64,000 nt of DNA from an uncultured Thermoleophilia bacterium (GTDB lineage Bacteria; Actinomycetota; Thermoleophilia; UBA2241), in contig CAVOGK010000012.1 of NCBI GenBank assembly GCA_963695395.1, positions 205,372-269,371 on the forward strand, written 5' to 3'. Position 1 is the first letter of the stretch. Every line of letters begins with the position of its first letter. The position numbers were made by a program, and so were the translations under genes. Below the pieces are notes generated by a model that saw nothing but the letters and a program-made list of their open reading frames with translations, was not told the DNA's origin and did no database searches. Positions 53,862-64,000 of the stretch are shown in pieces.

Positions 53862-54028
53862 GGGGGGCTCCCTTCGCAGTCAGTGCTGCACACATACCGC
53901 GGGAGGGGAGCGAGAAAACGCGGACGGCCGGCGTAACCTTGCGGAGGGCGGCGATTTGGTGTAGTCAGCGTACGGTCGGCAAGCGGCCGCGGCGGGCGGT
54001 CGTCCGCTGGAGCGAGGAGGAGAGTGCT

Positions 54029-55994
54029 GTGGCTACACTCTTGTGGGAGCCGTCGGCGCAGCGCGTCGCGGACGCCAACATGACGCGTTTCGCCGCCTTC
54101 GCCGGCGAGAGGTGCAGCCGGGAGTTCGCGTCGTACGCGGAGCTCTACCGCTGGTCGGTCGAGGACATCCCCGCCTTCTGGGCGGCGGCGTGGGACTTCC
54201 TCGGCATCCGGGCGTCTGCGCCGTACACGGCGGCGGTCGACGACCTGTCCCGGTTCCCCGGCGCGACCTGGTTCCCCGGCGCGCGGCTCAACATGGCCGA
54301 GAACCTCCTGCGCTATCGCGACGACGGGGTGGCCCTGATCTTCGTCGGCGAGACCGCTGCGCCGGTACGACTGACCTACGCCGAACTGTATCGCTCCGTG
54401 GCCCGCGTTGCCGGCGCTCTCAGAGGGGCGGGAGTCGTGCCGGGCGACCGCGTGGCGGGCTATCTCCCCAACCTCGTGGAGACGGTGGTGGCGATGCTCG
54501 CCACCTCGTCGATCGGCGCCATCTGGTCCAGCTGCGCCACCGACGTCGGTCCGGAGGCGGCCGTGGATCGCCTGGGCCAGATCGAGCCGAAGGTGCTGTT
54601 CGTCGTCGACGGCTATCGCTACAAGGACCGGGTGTTCGACTGCATCCCGAACGCTGCCGCGGTCACCCGGAGCATTGCGACCATCGAGCGCGTCGTGGTC
54701 GCCCACTACGCCGGCGACGCGGACGCCGACCTGTCGGCCATCCGCGGCGCTCTCCGCTGGGACGAGTTCGTCGCCGGCCAGACCGGTGAGGATCTCGCGT
54801 TCGAGCAGGTCCCCTTCGACCACCCGGGCGTGGTCATGTTCTCCTCGGGCACCACGGGCAAACCCAAGTGCCTCGTGCAGAGCGGGGGCGGGATCCTCAT
54901 CAACCAGCTGAAGGAACTGGTGCTGCACGCCGACGTCACGCGCCGCGACACCATCTTCTACGTCACCACGGCCAGCTGGATGATGTGGAACTGGCTGGTG
55001 GCGGCGCTGGGGGCGGGGGCCACAGTCGTCCTCTTCGACGGCAACCCGGCCTACCCCGACCTGGGGGCGCTCTGGCGCCTGATCGAGGATCTCGAGGTGA
55101 CCATCTTCGGCACCAGCGCGAGCTACCTGAACCTCCTGAAGGCCTTGGGCGAGTCGCCGAAGGAGGACCACGATCTCTCGGCCCTGCGCGAGATCTGCCA
55201 GACCGGCTCGGTGCTCTCGCCGGAGGGCTTCGCCTACGTCTACAAGGCCATCAAGCGCGATCTGCACTTCAACTCGCTCTCCGGAGGCACGGACATCAAC
55301 GGGTGTTTCGCGATCGGCAGTCCCACGCTGCCGGTGTACGCCGGTCAGCTGCAGGCTCCCGGCCTGGGGATGAAGATCGCGTGCTACGACGAGTCAGGCA
55401 GGCCGGTGCGCGACCAGGTGGGTGAGCTGGTGTGCGAGGCTCCGGCGCCGCCGATGCCGCTCCACTTCTGGGACGACCCCGGCGATGCGCGCTACCACGC
55501 CGCCTACTTCGACGTCTACCCGGGCGTGTGGCGCCACGGAGACTACGTCCAGTTCGACAGCGCGACCGGCGGCGTCACCTTCTTCGGCCGCTCGGACGCC
55601 GTGCTCAAACCCTCAGGGGTCCGCATCGGCACGGCCGAGATCTACAACCAGGTGGAGAAGCTCCCCGAGATCGCCGACAGCCTGGCCATCGGTCAGGAGT
55701 GGCAGGGTGACCAGCGCATCCTCCTCTTCGTGAAGCTCGCCGAAGGCCAGGAGCTGACCGACGAGCTCGTCGCGACGATCGCGCGGACGCTGCGCGAGAA
55801 CGCCTCGCCGCGGCACGTGCCGGCGAAGGTCGTCGCAGTGCCCGACATCCCGTACACGCTGAACATGAAGAAGGTGGAGACCTCGGTCACCAATCTGCTC
55901 CACGGGCGGGCGGTCACCAACAGGGACGCCCTCGTCAATCCGGAGTGCCTGGACTCACTACGAGAAGCTGGTGCCCGGCTTGAAGGCGTCGTAG
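54029..55994 (+). pseudogene. Acetoacetyl-CoA synthetase (acetoacetate-CoA ligase) with a net +1 frameshift near its 3' end (about 55953-55957)
   Basis: LLWEPSAQRVADANMTRF...FSSGTTGKPKC...WMMWNW...[19 protein letters not shown]. The last residues in the next frame read ..LDHYEKLVPGLKAS*, with TAG at 55992-55994. The uncorrected frame runs on to 56077. 1966 nt (3n+1). Confidence 0.85.
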
Positions 55995-56048
55995 CGGCGG
56001 GACCCGGCCGGCCGCCGTGGGGACTGACTGGCCTGATCGCCTGCGGCG

Positions 56049-56720
56049 TCAGGCCTCTCCGAACGCGTCCAGCTTGACGTCGCCGGCGACCGTGTACGCC
56101 ATGTCCGTGCAGGCGGCGATATCGTCCAGGGTGTAGCCGCAGGCCACCTCTTCGAGCACGAAGCCCTGGTCCGGGTAGCGGCGGAACAGCGCCCGCTCGG
56201 TGATGATCACGTCGGCCTCTTCGGCGCCGGTGAGTGGGAAGGTGCATTCCTTCATCAGCTTGGAGGCTCCGTCCTTGGAGCAGTGCTCGCTGACGATGTA
56301 CACGGTCTTGGCGCCGGTGACGAGGTCCATGGCGCCGCCCATGCCGGCGAGCATCTTGCCGGGCACGATCCAGTTGGCGATGTTGCCCTTCTCGTCCACC
56401 TGCAGCGTGCCCAGGAAGGTGGCGTCCAGGTGCCCGCCGCGGATCATGCCGAACGAGGTGGCAGAATCGAAGAAGCTGCCGCCGGGGATGAGCGTGATCG
56501 GCTGGTTGCCGGCGTTGGCGCGGTCGCGGTCCTCGCAGCCGGCGTCCGGCGCCGGCCCGACGCCGATGGCGCCGTTCTCGGTCTGGATGATGACGTCGAG
56601 GCCCTCGGGCACGTAGTTGGCGATCAGCGTCGGCAGGCCGATGCCCAGGTTGATGATCTGCCCGTCCCTGAGATCCCGGGCGGCACGGGCGGCGATGGTC
56701 TTCTTGGCATCACTGGCCAT
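56049..56720 (-). CDS. scoB: 3-oxoacid CoA-transferase subunit B
   Basis: IAARAARDLRDGQIINLGIGLPT...ENG...GMGGAMDLV motifs. ATG at 56720. Confidence 0.9.
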   Translation of the reverse strand: MASDAKKTIAARAARDLRDGQIINLGIGLPTLIANYVPEGLDVIIQTENGAIGVGPAPDAGCEDRDRANAGNQPITLIPGGSFFDSATSFGMIRGGHLDATFLGTLQVDEKGNIANWIVPGKMLAGMGGAMDLVTGAKTVYIVSEHCSKDGASKLMKECTFPLTGAEEADVIITERALFRRYPDQGFVLEEVACGYTLDDIAACTDMAYTVAGDVKLDAFGEA

Positions 56721-57408
56721 TGAACTTCTCCTCGCGCAGGACGCAGTAGTCGATGTTCGCGCGGACCACGGCGTCGACGAAGATCCCCGAGGTATGGATG
56801 GCGTTCGGATCGAGCTCACCGAGCGTGTAGAGGTTCTCGACCTCGGCGATCACGTAGTCTGCGCACGTGGCGGCGGGCACGTTGAAGTTCCGCGACGTGC
56901 CGCGGTAGATGAGGTTGCCCCACGTGTCTCCCGCGTGCGCGCGGATGATGGCGATGTCGCACTTGACCGCCGGCACCAGGATGTACTTGCGGCCGTCCAG
57001 CTCGACGATCTGCTTGCCCTTCTCCGCGACGGTGCCGACGCCGGTGGGGGTGAGAAAGCCGCCGAGGCCGGCGCCGCCGCAGCGGAGCATCTCGGCGAGC
57101 GTGCCCTGCGGCGTCGGCTCGACCTCGATCTTGCCCTCGTTCATGAGCCGGGCGTAGTCGGGCGTCGTGCCGACGTGGCTGGCCACGATCTTCTTGATCT
57201 TGCCCTGCAGCGCCAGCTCGACGGTGCCGCGATCCCGGTAGCCGCCGTCGTTCTCGTAGATGGTGAGATCGGCGACATCCATGGTCTTGAGGTAGTCGAT
57301 GAGGGTCAGGGGGTCGCCCTGCCCGATGAACCCGCCGACGGCGATGCTCATGCCGCTCTCGACATGGGACATCGCCTCTTCGATGGGCACGACCTTGTTC
57401 TTGGGCAC
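56710..57408 (-). CDS. scoA: 3-oxoacid CoA-transferase subunit A
   Basis: GMSIAVGGFIGQGDP...TPQGTLAEMLRCGGAGLGGFLTPTGVGT. GTG 57408 follows AAGGAG. Confidence 0.9.
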   Translation of the reverse strand: MPKNKVVPIEEAMSHVESGMSIAVGGFIGQGDPLTLIDYLKTMDVADLTIYENDGGYRDRGTVELALQGKIKKIVASHVGTTPDYARLMNEGKIEVEPTPQGTLAEMLRCGGAGLGGFLTPTGVGTVAEKGKQIVELDGRKYILVPAVKCDIAIIRAHAGDTWGNLIYRGTSRNFNVPAATCADYVIAEVENLYTLGELDPNAIHTSGIFVDAVVRANIDYCVLREEKFNGQ

Positions 57409-57680
57409 CGTTCGCTCCTTTGCGCGGCAGACGCCGGCCGCTCCGCGGTCGCGCGAGGCGCCGCGAGCCGGCCGGTCAGATGCGTTCGAGGGGAAGATTA
57501 TCACCTCGGAGTGCGCCGCTCCCGGAGGGTGGGTGTACAGCACGGCCAAGCCGGCGGGCCGAGGGGTCCGTTTCGCCATACGGTCACGACATCCGTATCG
57601 CGGACACGTGCGCTCGCAGCTTGTGCGCGTGTATCATGCCGGTATACTTCGCGCGGCGTAATGTCGGAGGGGAGGCGGTC

Positions 57681-58550
57681 TTGGCGGCAGTCAGCGAGTC
57701 TGCAAGCGTGGGCGTCATCGGCGGGTCCGGGTTCTACGAGTTGCTCGAGAACGCTCGGGAGGTGACCATCGAGACCCCGTTCGGATCTCCGTCGGACTCC
57801 TACTTCCTCGGCGAGATCGACGGCGTCAGCGTCGCCTTCCTGCCGCGCCACGCGCGCGGCCACAGGATCCTGCCGGGCGAGGTCAACTACCGCGCCAACA
57901 TCTGGGGCATGAAGGCGCTGGGGGTGCACTACGTGCTCTCCGCCAGCGCCGTCGGCAGCCTCCGCGAAGAGCTCAAGCCGCTCGACGTCGTCGTCCCCGA
58001 TCAGTTGTATGACCGCACCAAGGCGCGACCGAGCACCTTCTTCGGCGACGGCGTCGTCGTTCACATGGGCTTCGCCGACCCGTTCTGCCCGTACACCAGC
58101 ACGCTCATCGTGGAGGCGGGGCGTCAGACGGGCGCTACCGTGCACGAGGGCGGCACCTACGTCTGCATCGAGGGCCCCCAGTTCAGCACGCGCGCGGAGA
58201 GCAACGTCTACCGCCAGCTGGGCTTCGACATCATCGGCATGACGAACCTGCAGGAGGCCAAGCTGGCGCGTGAGGCGGAGCTCTGTTACGCCACCATGGC
58301 GATGGTCACCGACTACGACGTGTGGTACGAAGGTGAAGAGGATGTGACGCTGGACCAGGTCCTGAGCAACGTCCGGCGCAACGTCGCGACCGCGCAGGCG
58401 ATCGTGCGTAGCGCGGTCGGTGCTCTCGACCACGGGCGCGACTGCAGCTGCCGGCACGCGGTAGAATCCGCCATCAACACGCCGGCAGAGCTCATTCCGG
58501 CTGCGACCAAGCAGAAGCTCGATCTGCTGATCGGCAAGTACCTGGGGTAG
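57681..58550 (+). CDS. mtnP: S-methyl-5'-thioadenosine phosphorylase
   Basis: VGVIGGSGFY, FLPRHARGH, GPQFSTRAES, MTNLQEAKLAREAELCYATMAMVTDYD. Start uncertain: TTG 57681 after GGAGGGGAGG, with ATG 57636 also in frame. Confidence 0.85.
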   Translation: MAAVSESASVGVIGGSGFYELLENAREVTIETPFGSPSDSYFLGEIDGVSVAFLPRHARGHRILPGEVNYRANIWGMKALGVHYVLSASAVGSLREELKPLDVVVPDQLYDRTKARPSTFFGDGVVVHMGFADPFCPYTSTLIVEAGRQTGATVHEGGTYVCIEGPQFSTRAESNVYRQLGFDIIGMTNLQEAKLAREAELCYATMAMVTDYDVWYEGEEDVTLDQVLSNVRRNVATAQAIVRSAVGALDHGRDCSCRHAVESAINTPAELIPAATKQKLDLLIGKYLG

Positions 58551-58614
58551 GGGCAAGAACCACGGGCGCCCCGCGGCGCCCGCGTGGTGAGGGGTTTCGG
58601 AAAGGAGCCGCGCA

Positions 58615-60757
58615 GTGTCTTCGTTCGTATCCAACAACGCTATTCTCGTGGCGATCATCTGTGGGCTGATCGCCGTGATCTACGGCGTCCTGCTGATCCG
58701 TTGGCTGCTCAAGCTGCCGGCCGGCAACGAGAAGATGCAGGAGGTCGCCGGCGCTGTGCAGGAGGGCGCCAGCGCCTACCTCAATCGCCAGTACCGCACC
58801 ATCGCCGTGGTCGGCGCCGTCGTCTTCGTCGTGCTGCTCGTGGGCCTCGGCCTCGGCCGCGACTGGACCTACGGCTGGCACGCCGCCGTCGGCTTCGTCG
58901 TCGGCGCCGTGCTCTCGGCCGCCGCCGGCTATATCGGCATGATGGTCAGCGTGCGCGTCAACGTGCGCACCGCCGAGGCGGCGCGCAAGGGCCTCGGCCC
59001 GGCACTCACCGTCGCCTTCCGCGGCGGCGCCGTCACCGGGCTGTTCGTGGTCGGCCTGGCGCTGCTCGGCGTGTCCGTCTACTACTGGGTCACCGGCGAT
59101 GTCGCCGCCCTCGTCGGCCTCGGCTTCGGCGGCAGTCTCATCAGCGTCTTCGCGCGCGTCGGCGGCGGCATCTTCACCAAGGCCGCCGACGTCGGCGCCG
59201 ACCTCGTCGGCAAGGTCGAGGCGGGCATCCCCGAGGACGACCCGCGCAACCCGGCCGTGATCGCCGACAACGTGGGCGACAACGTCGGCGACTGCGCCGG
59301 CATGGCGGCCGACCTCTTCGAGACCTACGCGGTCACCGCCGTCGCGGCGATGCTGCTCGCCTTCCTGACGTTCACCGTGAAGGCGGGGGCCGCCGGCATC
59401 AGCGAGAGCGCCGTGATCGATCTTCAAGGCCGAGTGGGTCTACGAGCCGGCCATCCTCTATCCACTGGTCCTCGGCGGCGTCTCGATCATCGCGAGCATC
59501 ATCGGCACCTTCTTCGTGCGCCTCGGCAAGACCGACAACATCATGAACGCCCTCTACAAGGGCCTTGCCGTTGCCGCCGGCATCGCGATCGTGCTGTTCT
59601 ACCCGGTCACGCTGTGGATGATGGGCGGCGCCACCGCCAAGCTCTTCGGCGTGCCCAGCGTGCCGCGGCTGTTCTTCGCGGCGGTCACCGGCATCGTCGT
59701 CACCGCCCTCATCGTGGTCATCACCGAGTACTACACCGCCAGCCGCTACAACCCGGTCAAGAGCATCGCCAAGGCGAGCATCACCGGGCACGCCACCAAC
59801 ATCATCCAGGGTCTCGCGATCTCCATGCAGTCCACGGCTTTGCCGGTGGTCGTCATCGCCGCCGGCATCCTGGTGACCTACCAGCTCGCCGGCCTCTACG
59901 GTATCGCCGTCGCCGTCATGTCGATGCTCTCCATGACCGGCATCATCGTCGCCATCGACGCCTACGGACCGATCACCGACAACGCCGGTGGCATCGCCGA
60001 GATGGCCGACATGCCCGAGGCGGTCCGTCAGACCACCGATCCGCTCGACGCGGTCGGCAACACGACCAAGGCCATCACCAAGGGCTACGCCATCGGCTCC
60101 GCCGGGTTCGCCGCCCTCATCCTCTTCGTCTCCTACACGCTCGACCTTCAGCAGCACTTCCTCGAGAAGTACGACTTCTCGGGCACGCTGTCGTTCGCCG
60201 TCGACAACCCGTGGGTCCTGGCCGGCCTCTTCATCGGCGGCCTGCTGCCCTACCTGTTCGCTTCACTCTGCATGAAGGCAGTGGGCGTTGCGGGCGGCCA
60301 GGTCGTGGAGGAAGTCCGTCGCCAGTTCCGCGAGATCAAGGGCATCATGGACGGCAGCGGCAAGCCTGACTACGCCAAAGCCGTCGACATCGTCACCAAG
60401 TCGGCGATCCAGAAGATGCTTCTGCCGGCGGCGATCCCGGTGCTCACGCCGGTCATCATCGCCGTGGTGTTCCGCCAGCACGGCTACGAGGTGCTTGCCG
60501 GCGTGCTCATGGGCTGCATCATCACCGGTATCTTCATGGCCATCAGCATGACCAGCGGTGGCGGCGCCTGGGACAACGCCAAGAAGCTCATCGAGGACGG
60601 CGAGTACGGCGGCAAGGGCTCCGACGCCCACGCGGCCGCCGTCACCGGCGACACCGTCGGCGACCCCTACAAAGACACCGCCGGCCCGGCCATCAACCCG
60701 ATGATCAAGGTCATCAACATCGTGGCCCTGCTCGTCATCCCGTTCCTCATCAAGTAG
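58615..60757 (+). pseudogene. hppA: Membrane-bound proton/sodium-translocating pyrophosphatase with a net +1 frameshift at about 59413-59425
   Basis: Frame A reads up to ...[13 protein letters not shown]. Frame B continues [42 protein letters not shown]...[16 protein letters not shown]...[18 protein letters not shown]. 2143 nt (3n+1). Confidence 0.9.
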
Positions 60758-60799
60758 GGCGGTACGAACCAGACACTCCGGGAAGATCCGGAGCGTTCG

Positions 60800-60838
60800 A
60801 GGCGCGGCGGGCGGCTGGAAAGGCCGCCCGCCGCGCCT
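60800..60838 (+). terminator. Terminator-like hairpin after hppA (16-bp perfect stem)
   Basis: aggcgcggcgggcggc-tggaaag-gccgcccgccgcgcct followed by tcgcc. Confidence 0.5.
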
Positions 60839-60965
60839 TCGCCGTCCCACCCTGCTTGGCGCCCGCGAGAGGATCGATCGGGGCCGTTTGTGCGGCATCG
60901 CAGGCGGTGGTACATTCGACTTCCAGAGGCCGGCTCGCCAACGGCGGGCCGGCCTCATTCTGGAT

Positions 60966-61127
60966 ATGCTGAAGACACGACAGATCATCGTCCTCATCAC
61001 CGGGGTGCTCGGCGTCCTGCTCATCGTGCGGGGCGCCTGGGGCGGCGTGTGGCCGCCGTCCATCCAGCTCTTCGCCGGCATACTCCTGATCGTGTTCGCC
61101 GCACTGCGCTGGTGGACGCTGAGGTGA
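60966..61127 (+). CDS. Possible small two-TM membrane protein upstream of the permease
   Basis: MLKTRQIIVLITGVLGVLLIVRGAWGGVWPPSIQLFAGILLIVFAALRWWTLR. Hydrophobic, ends 18 nt before the next gene. No homology recognised. Confidence 0.4.
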   Translation: MLKTRQIIVLITGVLGVLLIVRGAWGGVWPPSIQLFAGILLIVFAALRWWTLR

Positions 61128-61145
61128 AGCCGGAGGGCTGAGGGG

Positions 61146-63350
61146 ATGGCGCGTAGGAAGCATCGTGAGGGGCAGGGCCTGCAGAAGGTCCTCGGCGTTC
61201 CGGCGCTCTTCAGCACCGCCTACGGCAACGTGGGCTCCTCCATCTACTACGCGCTCGGCGTCGTCGCCCTGTACGCGCTGGGGGTCACGCCCGCCGTCTT
61301 TCTGATCACCGGCCTGCTGTTCTGCACGACCGCTTGGTCGTACGCCGAGGCCACGGCGATGATGCCGGAGGCCGGCGGCTCTTCCAGCTTCGCCCGTCGC
61401 GCCTTCAACGAACTGGTGAGCTTCGCCGCGGGATGGGCGCTGCTGCTCGACTACATCGTCACCGTGGCCATCAGCGCCTACTTCGTGCCCAACTACCTCG
61501 CCGTCTTCTGGCCGGTCCTCAAGACGCAGCCGTACAACTCCATCGGCGGCATCGTCACCATCGTCCTCCTGGTGGCGATCAACGTGATCGGCATCAAGGA
61601 GGCGGCGCGCCTCAACATCATCCTCGCTCTGCTGGACCTCGCGACACAGGTCCTGCTGATGGTCATCGGCGTCGTCCTGCTGCTCGCACCGCGGTTGCTG
61701 CTCGACCAGATCCATCTGGGAGTCGCGCCGACGTGGACGCAGCTCATCTACGGCATATCGATCGGCACGATCGCCTACACGGGCATCGAGACCGTCTCCA
61801 ACATGGCCGAAGAGGCGTCGCACCCCGACCGAGACGTGCCCCGCGCGATCAACTACGTCCTGGTCGCCGTACTGGTCGTGTACCTCGGTATCTCGGTGAC
61901 GGCGCTCTCGGCCATGCCGGTGAAGGCGAACGTTCTGCCCATCGACGCCGCGACGGGAAAGACCGCGCCGGTCGCCGTGGTCGCGAAGAGCAAGGACGAG
62001 CCGAACGGGCCGTTCCTCTTCAAGGGCGCACCGCCGCCCGGCAACCAGGGCCGGGACGTGTACGTCCCGGCCGTGCAGCAGGAAGACGGGGGCTGGGTCA
62101 CGGCGCCGGAGAAGCCCGGCGCCGAGGTGTTCGCGCGCGACGGGCAGCGCTACACCAGGGTCTACGGATCGTTGCTCGGCAGCGTCTACAAGGAGGACCC
62201 GGTCGTCGGCATCGTGCGCTTCCTGCCGACCAACCTGGACTGGCTCAAGGCGATCCTCATGCCCTGGGTGGGCATCCTCGCGGCCACCATCCTGCTGATC
62301 GCCACCAACGCCGGCCTGATCGGCGTGTCCAGGCTCGCCTATTCACTCGGGCAGCATCGGCAGGTGCCGCCGATCCTCGGCCGCGTGCACCCGAAGCGCA
62401 TGACGCCGTACGTCGCCATCGTCGGTTTCGGGGCGGTCGCCTGCGTCCTGCTCATGCTGCCGGGCGACACCATCAAGCTGCTCGCCGACCTGTACGCCTT
62501 CGGCGCCATGATCTCGTTCACGGTCGCGCACGTGTCGGTGATCTGGCTGCGCCACAAGGAGCCCGACGCGCGGCGGCCGTTCCGCACGCCGCTCAACGTC
62601 AAGATCGGCACGATGTCGCTGCCGGTGCTGGCGGTCGTGGGCGGTCTCGGGACGTTCACCGTGTGGTGCGTGGTCGTCGCCACCCACCCGACGGGCCGGC
62701 TCATCGGCTTCATCTGGATGGGCGCCGGCCTCCTCATGTACGTCGTGTACCGCAAGGCCAAGGGGTACTCGCTGACCAGGTCGGTCGCCAAGGTCGTCGT
62801 GCCCGTCAGCATGCAGGCCGATATCGACTACCACCAGATCCTCGCGCCCATCACCGGCTCGCGCATCAGTGACGAGATGATGGTGCTCGCCTGCCAGCTC
62901 GCGACGGAGAAGAAGTCGGCGATCGACGGCCTGTACGTGATCGAGGTCCCGCTGAACCTGCCGCTGGACGCGAGCCTTGTCAACGAGCACGCCAAGGCGG
63001 ACCAGGTACTCACGTCCGCCGCGACCATCGCCTCGCAGTTCAAGGTCAAGTTCACGCCGCACGTGGTGACGGCGCGGCACGCCGGGAGAGCGATCTGCGA
63101 GGAGGCGGCGACGCGGCGCAGCGAGGTCATCATCCTGGGGACCACGCGCAAGCGCCGTATCGGCAACCTGATCTTCGGGAGGACGACGGACTTCGTGCTC
63201 GACTACGCTCCTTGCGAAGTCCTCCTCAATCTGGTCCCGAAGGACTATCCTACGGAAGGCTCGAGCGTGGCTGACACGCTCGAGAAGCGGGGGCCGACGC
63301 CTCCCGCCGCCACGGGCGGCGGGTCGGTCGGCCCAGGCGTGAAGAACTGA
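61146..63350 (+). CDS. APC-superfamily amino-acid/polyamine permease fused to a C-terminal universal stress protein (Usp) domain
   Basis: GVPALFSTAYGNVGSSIYYALG, about 12 TM segments, a ~110-aa hydrophilic loop insert. C-terminal Usp-like region (ILAPITGSR...VIILGTTRKRRIGNLIFGRTTDFVL). Confidence 0.85.
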   Translation: MARRKHREGQGLQKVLGVPALFSTAYGNVGSSIYYALGVVALYALGVTPAVFLITGLLFCTTAWSYAEATAMMPEAGGSSSFARRAFNELVSFAAGWALLLDYIVTVAISAYFVPNYLAVFWPVLKTQPYNSIGGIVTIVLLVAINVIGIKEAARLNIILALLDLATQVLLMVIGVVLLLAPRLLLDQIHLGVAPTWTQLIYGISIGTIAYTGIETVSNMAEEASHPDRDVPRAINYVLVAVLVVYLGISVTALSAMPVKANVLPIDAATGKTAPVAVVAKSKDEPNGPFLFKGAPPPGNQGRDVYVPAVQQEDGGWVTAPEKPGAEVFARDGQRYTRVYGSLLGSVYKEDPVVGIVRFLPTNLDWLKAILMPWVGILAATILLIATNAGLIGVSRLAYSLGQHRQVPPILGRVHPKRMTPYVAIVGFGAVACVLLMLPGDTIKLLADLYAFGAMISFTVAHVSVIWLRHKEPDARRPFRTPLNVKIGTMSLPVLAVVGGLGTFTVWCVVVATHPTGRLIGFIWMGAGLLMYVVYRKAKGYSLTRSVAKVVVPVSMQADIDYHQILAPITGSRISDEMMVLACQLATEKKSAIDGLYVIEVPLNLPLDASLVNEHAKADQVLTSAATIASQFKVKFTPHVVTARHAGRAICEEAATRRSEVIILGTTRKRRIGNLIFGRTTDFVLDYAPCEVLLNLVPKDYPTEGSSVADTLEKRGPTPPAATGGGSVGPGVKN

Positions 63351-63360
63351 GGAGAGCGCA

Positions 63361-63783
63361 ATGCATGTCGTGATCGCCGGGTGCGGCCGTGTGGGGTCCG
63401 GCCTCGCCCGAGACCTGGTGACGCAGGGGTTCGACGTCTCGGTCATCGATGAGAGCCCCGACGCGTTCCACCTGCTCGGCGACGACTTCCCCGGCGAGTT
63501 CGTGATCGGGCGGGCCCTGGATTGGGCGACGCTGCGCGAAGCCGGTATCGAACAGGCGGTCGCGTTCGTCGCCTGCACCGACGGAGACAACACCAACATC
63601 GTGATCGCGCAGGTGGCACAGAAGAAGTACGGCATCCGCTGCGTGGTCGCCCGCGTCTACGACCCGCTGCGCGCCGAGCTGTTCGCCCAGGCGGGTATCC
63701 GCACCGTGTGCCCCACGCGCGACGCGCGCATCGCGCTGTTCGACGCCGTGCGCGCCTGTCAACTCCCCGTTCCGGAGGGCTGA
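63361..63783 (+). CDS. trkA: TrkA-N (RCK) NAD-binding potassium-transport regulatory protein
   Basis: MHVVIAGCGRVGSGLARDL Rossmann motif. 140 aa. Confidence 0.85.
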   Translation: MHVVIAGCGRVGSGLARDLVTQGFDVSVIDESPDAFHLLGDDFPGEFVIGRALDWATLREAGIEQAVAFVACTDGDNTNIVIAQVAQKKYGIRCVVARVYDPLRAELFAQAGIRTVCPTRDARIALFDAVRACQLPVPEG

Positions 63784-63786
63784 GCC

Positions 63787-64000
63787 ATGTTCGTGCTCAT
63801 CGTGGGTGGCGGCAAGGTCGGGCTCAACACCGCGCGGCAGTTGACGCGGCTCGGGCACGAGATCGTCCTCATCGAGCAACGGCCGTCGCGCTTCAGCATC
63901 GTCGCCGAAGAGCTCGGCGACGAGGCGCTGGTCTTCGGCGACGGGACGGAGGTGTGGGTGCTCGAGAAGGCCGGCATCGGCCGCTGTGACATGGTCGTGG
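63787..64000 (+). CDS. trkA: Second TrkA-N family protein, 3' end outside the window
   Basis: MFVLIVGGGKVGLNTARQL...; ATG at 63787, four nt after the previous stop. Confidence 0.8.
   Translation, partial: MFVLIVGGGKVGLNTARQLTRLGHEIVLIEQRPSRFSIVAEELGDEALVFGDGTEVWVLEKAGIGRCDMVV

Noticed and set aside
57590-57612. An inverted repeat, ATACGG-N9-CCGTAT, between scoA and mtnP.
   Set aside because: The arms are only 6 bp, which is well within chance expectation, and there is no adjacent regulator gene to link it to.

Overview
This is a very GC-rich bacterial chromosomal window; third codon positions are almost all G/C. Genes are densely packed and use GGAGG-type ribosome-binding sites. Gene content suggests a high-GC Gram-positive lineage (Thermoleophilia-like actinobacterium, or Limnochordia/Symbiobacterium-like), but the taxon cannot be assigned from sequence alone.

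The core, about 15.6-41.2 kb and all on the minus strand, is an unusually elaborate [FeFe]-hydrogenase region with four parts:
- A hydE-hydF-aspA-ACT-hydG maturation operon led by a GAF histidine kinase.
- Two paralogous NuoE/NuoF/HydA hydrogenase operons. One has a minimal NuoF; the other has a roughly 1018-codon NuoF-GltD fusion.
- Between the two operons, a receiver / H-domain histidine kinase / receiver-kinase module.
- Upstream, a Rex-DRTGG repressor, an RsbW-like kinase fused to a second H-domain-like sensor, and DRTGG, PHP and HATPase accessory genes.

Flanking content:
- hypFCDE ([NiFe] hydrogenase maturation) and four tRNAs.
- A photolyase, two short-chain dehydrogenases (SDRs), tandem CxxS glutaredoxin-like genes and a secreted phosphodiesterase.
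- A polyphosphate locus (ppk1-sixA-CYTH/CHAD facing ppx) and acetoacetate activation genes.
- mtnP, hppA, an APC-Usp permease and trkA.

Nine otherwise conserved genes each carry a net +1 nt frameshift. Sequencing or assembly error is the most likely cause, and the alternative is real gene decay. I recognised no CRISPR array, transposase or integrase.
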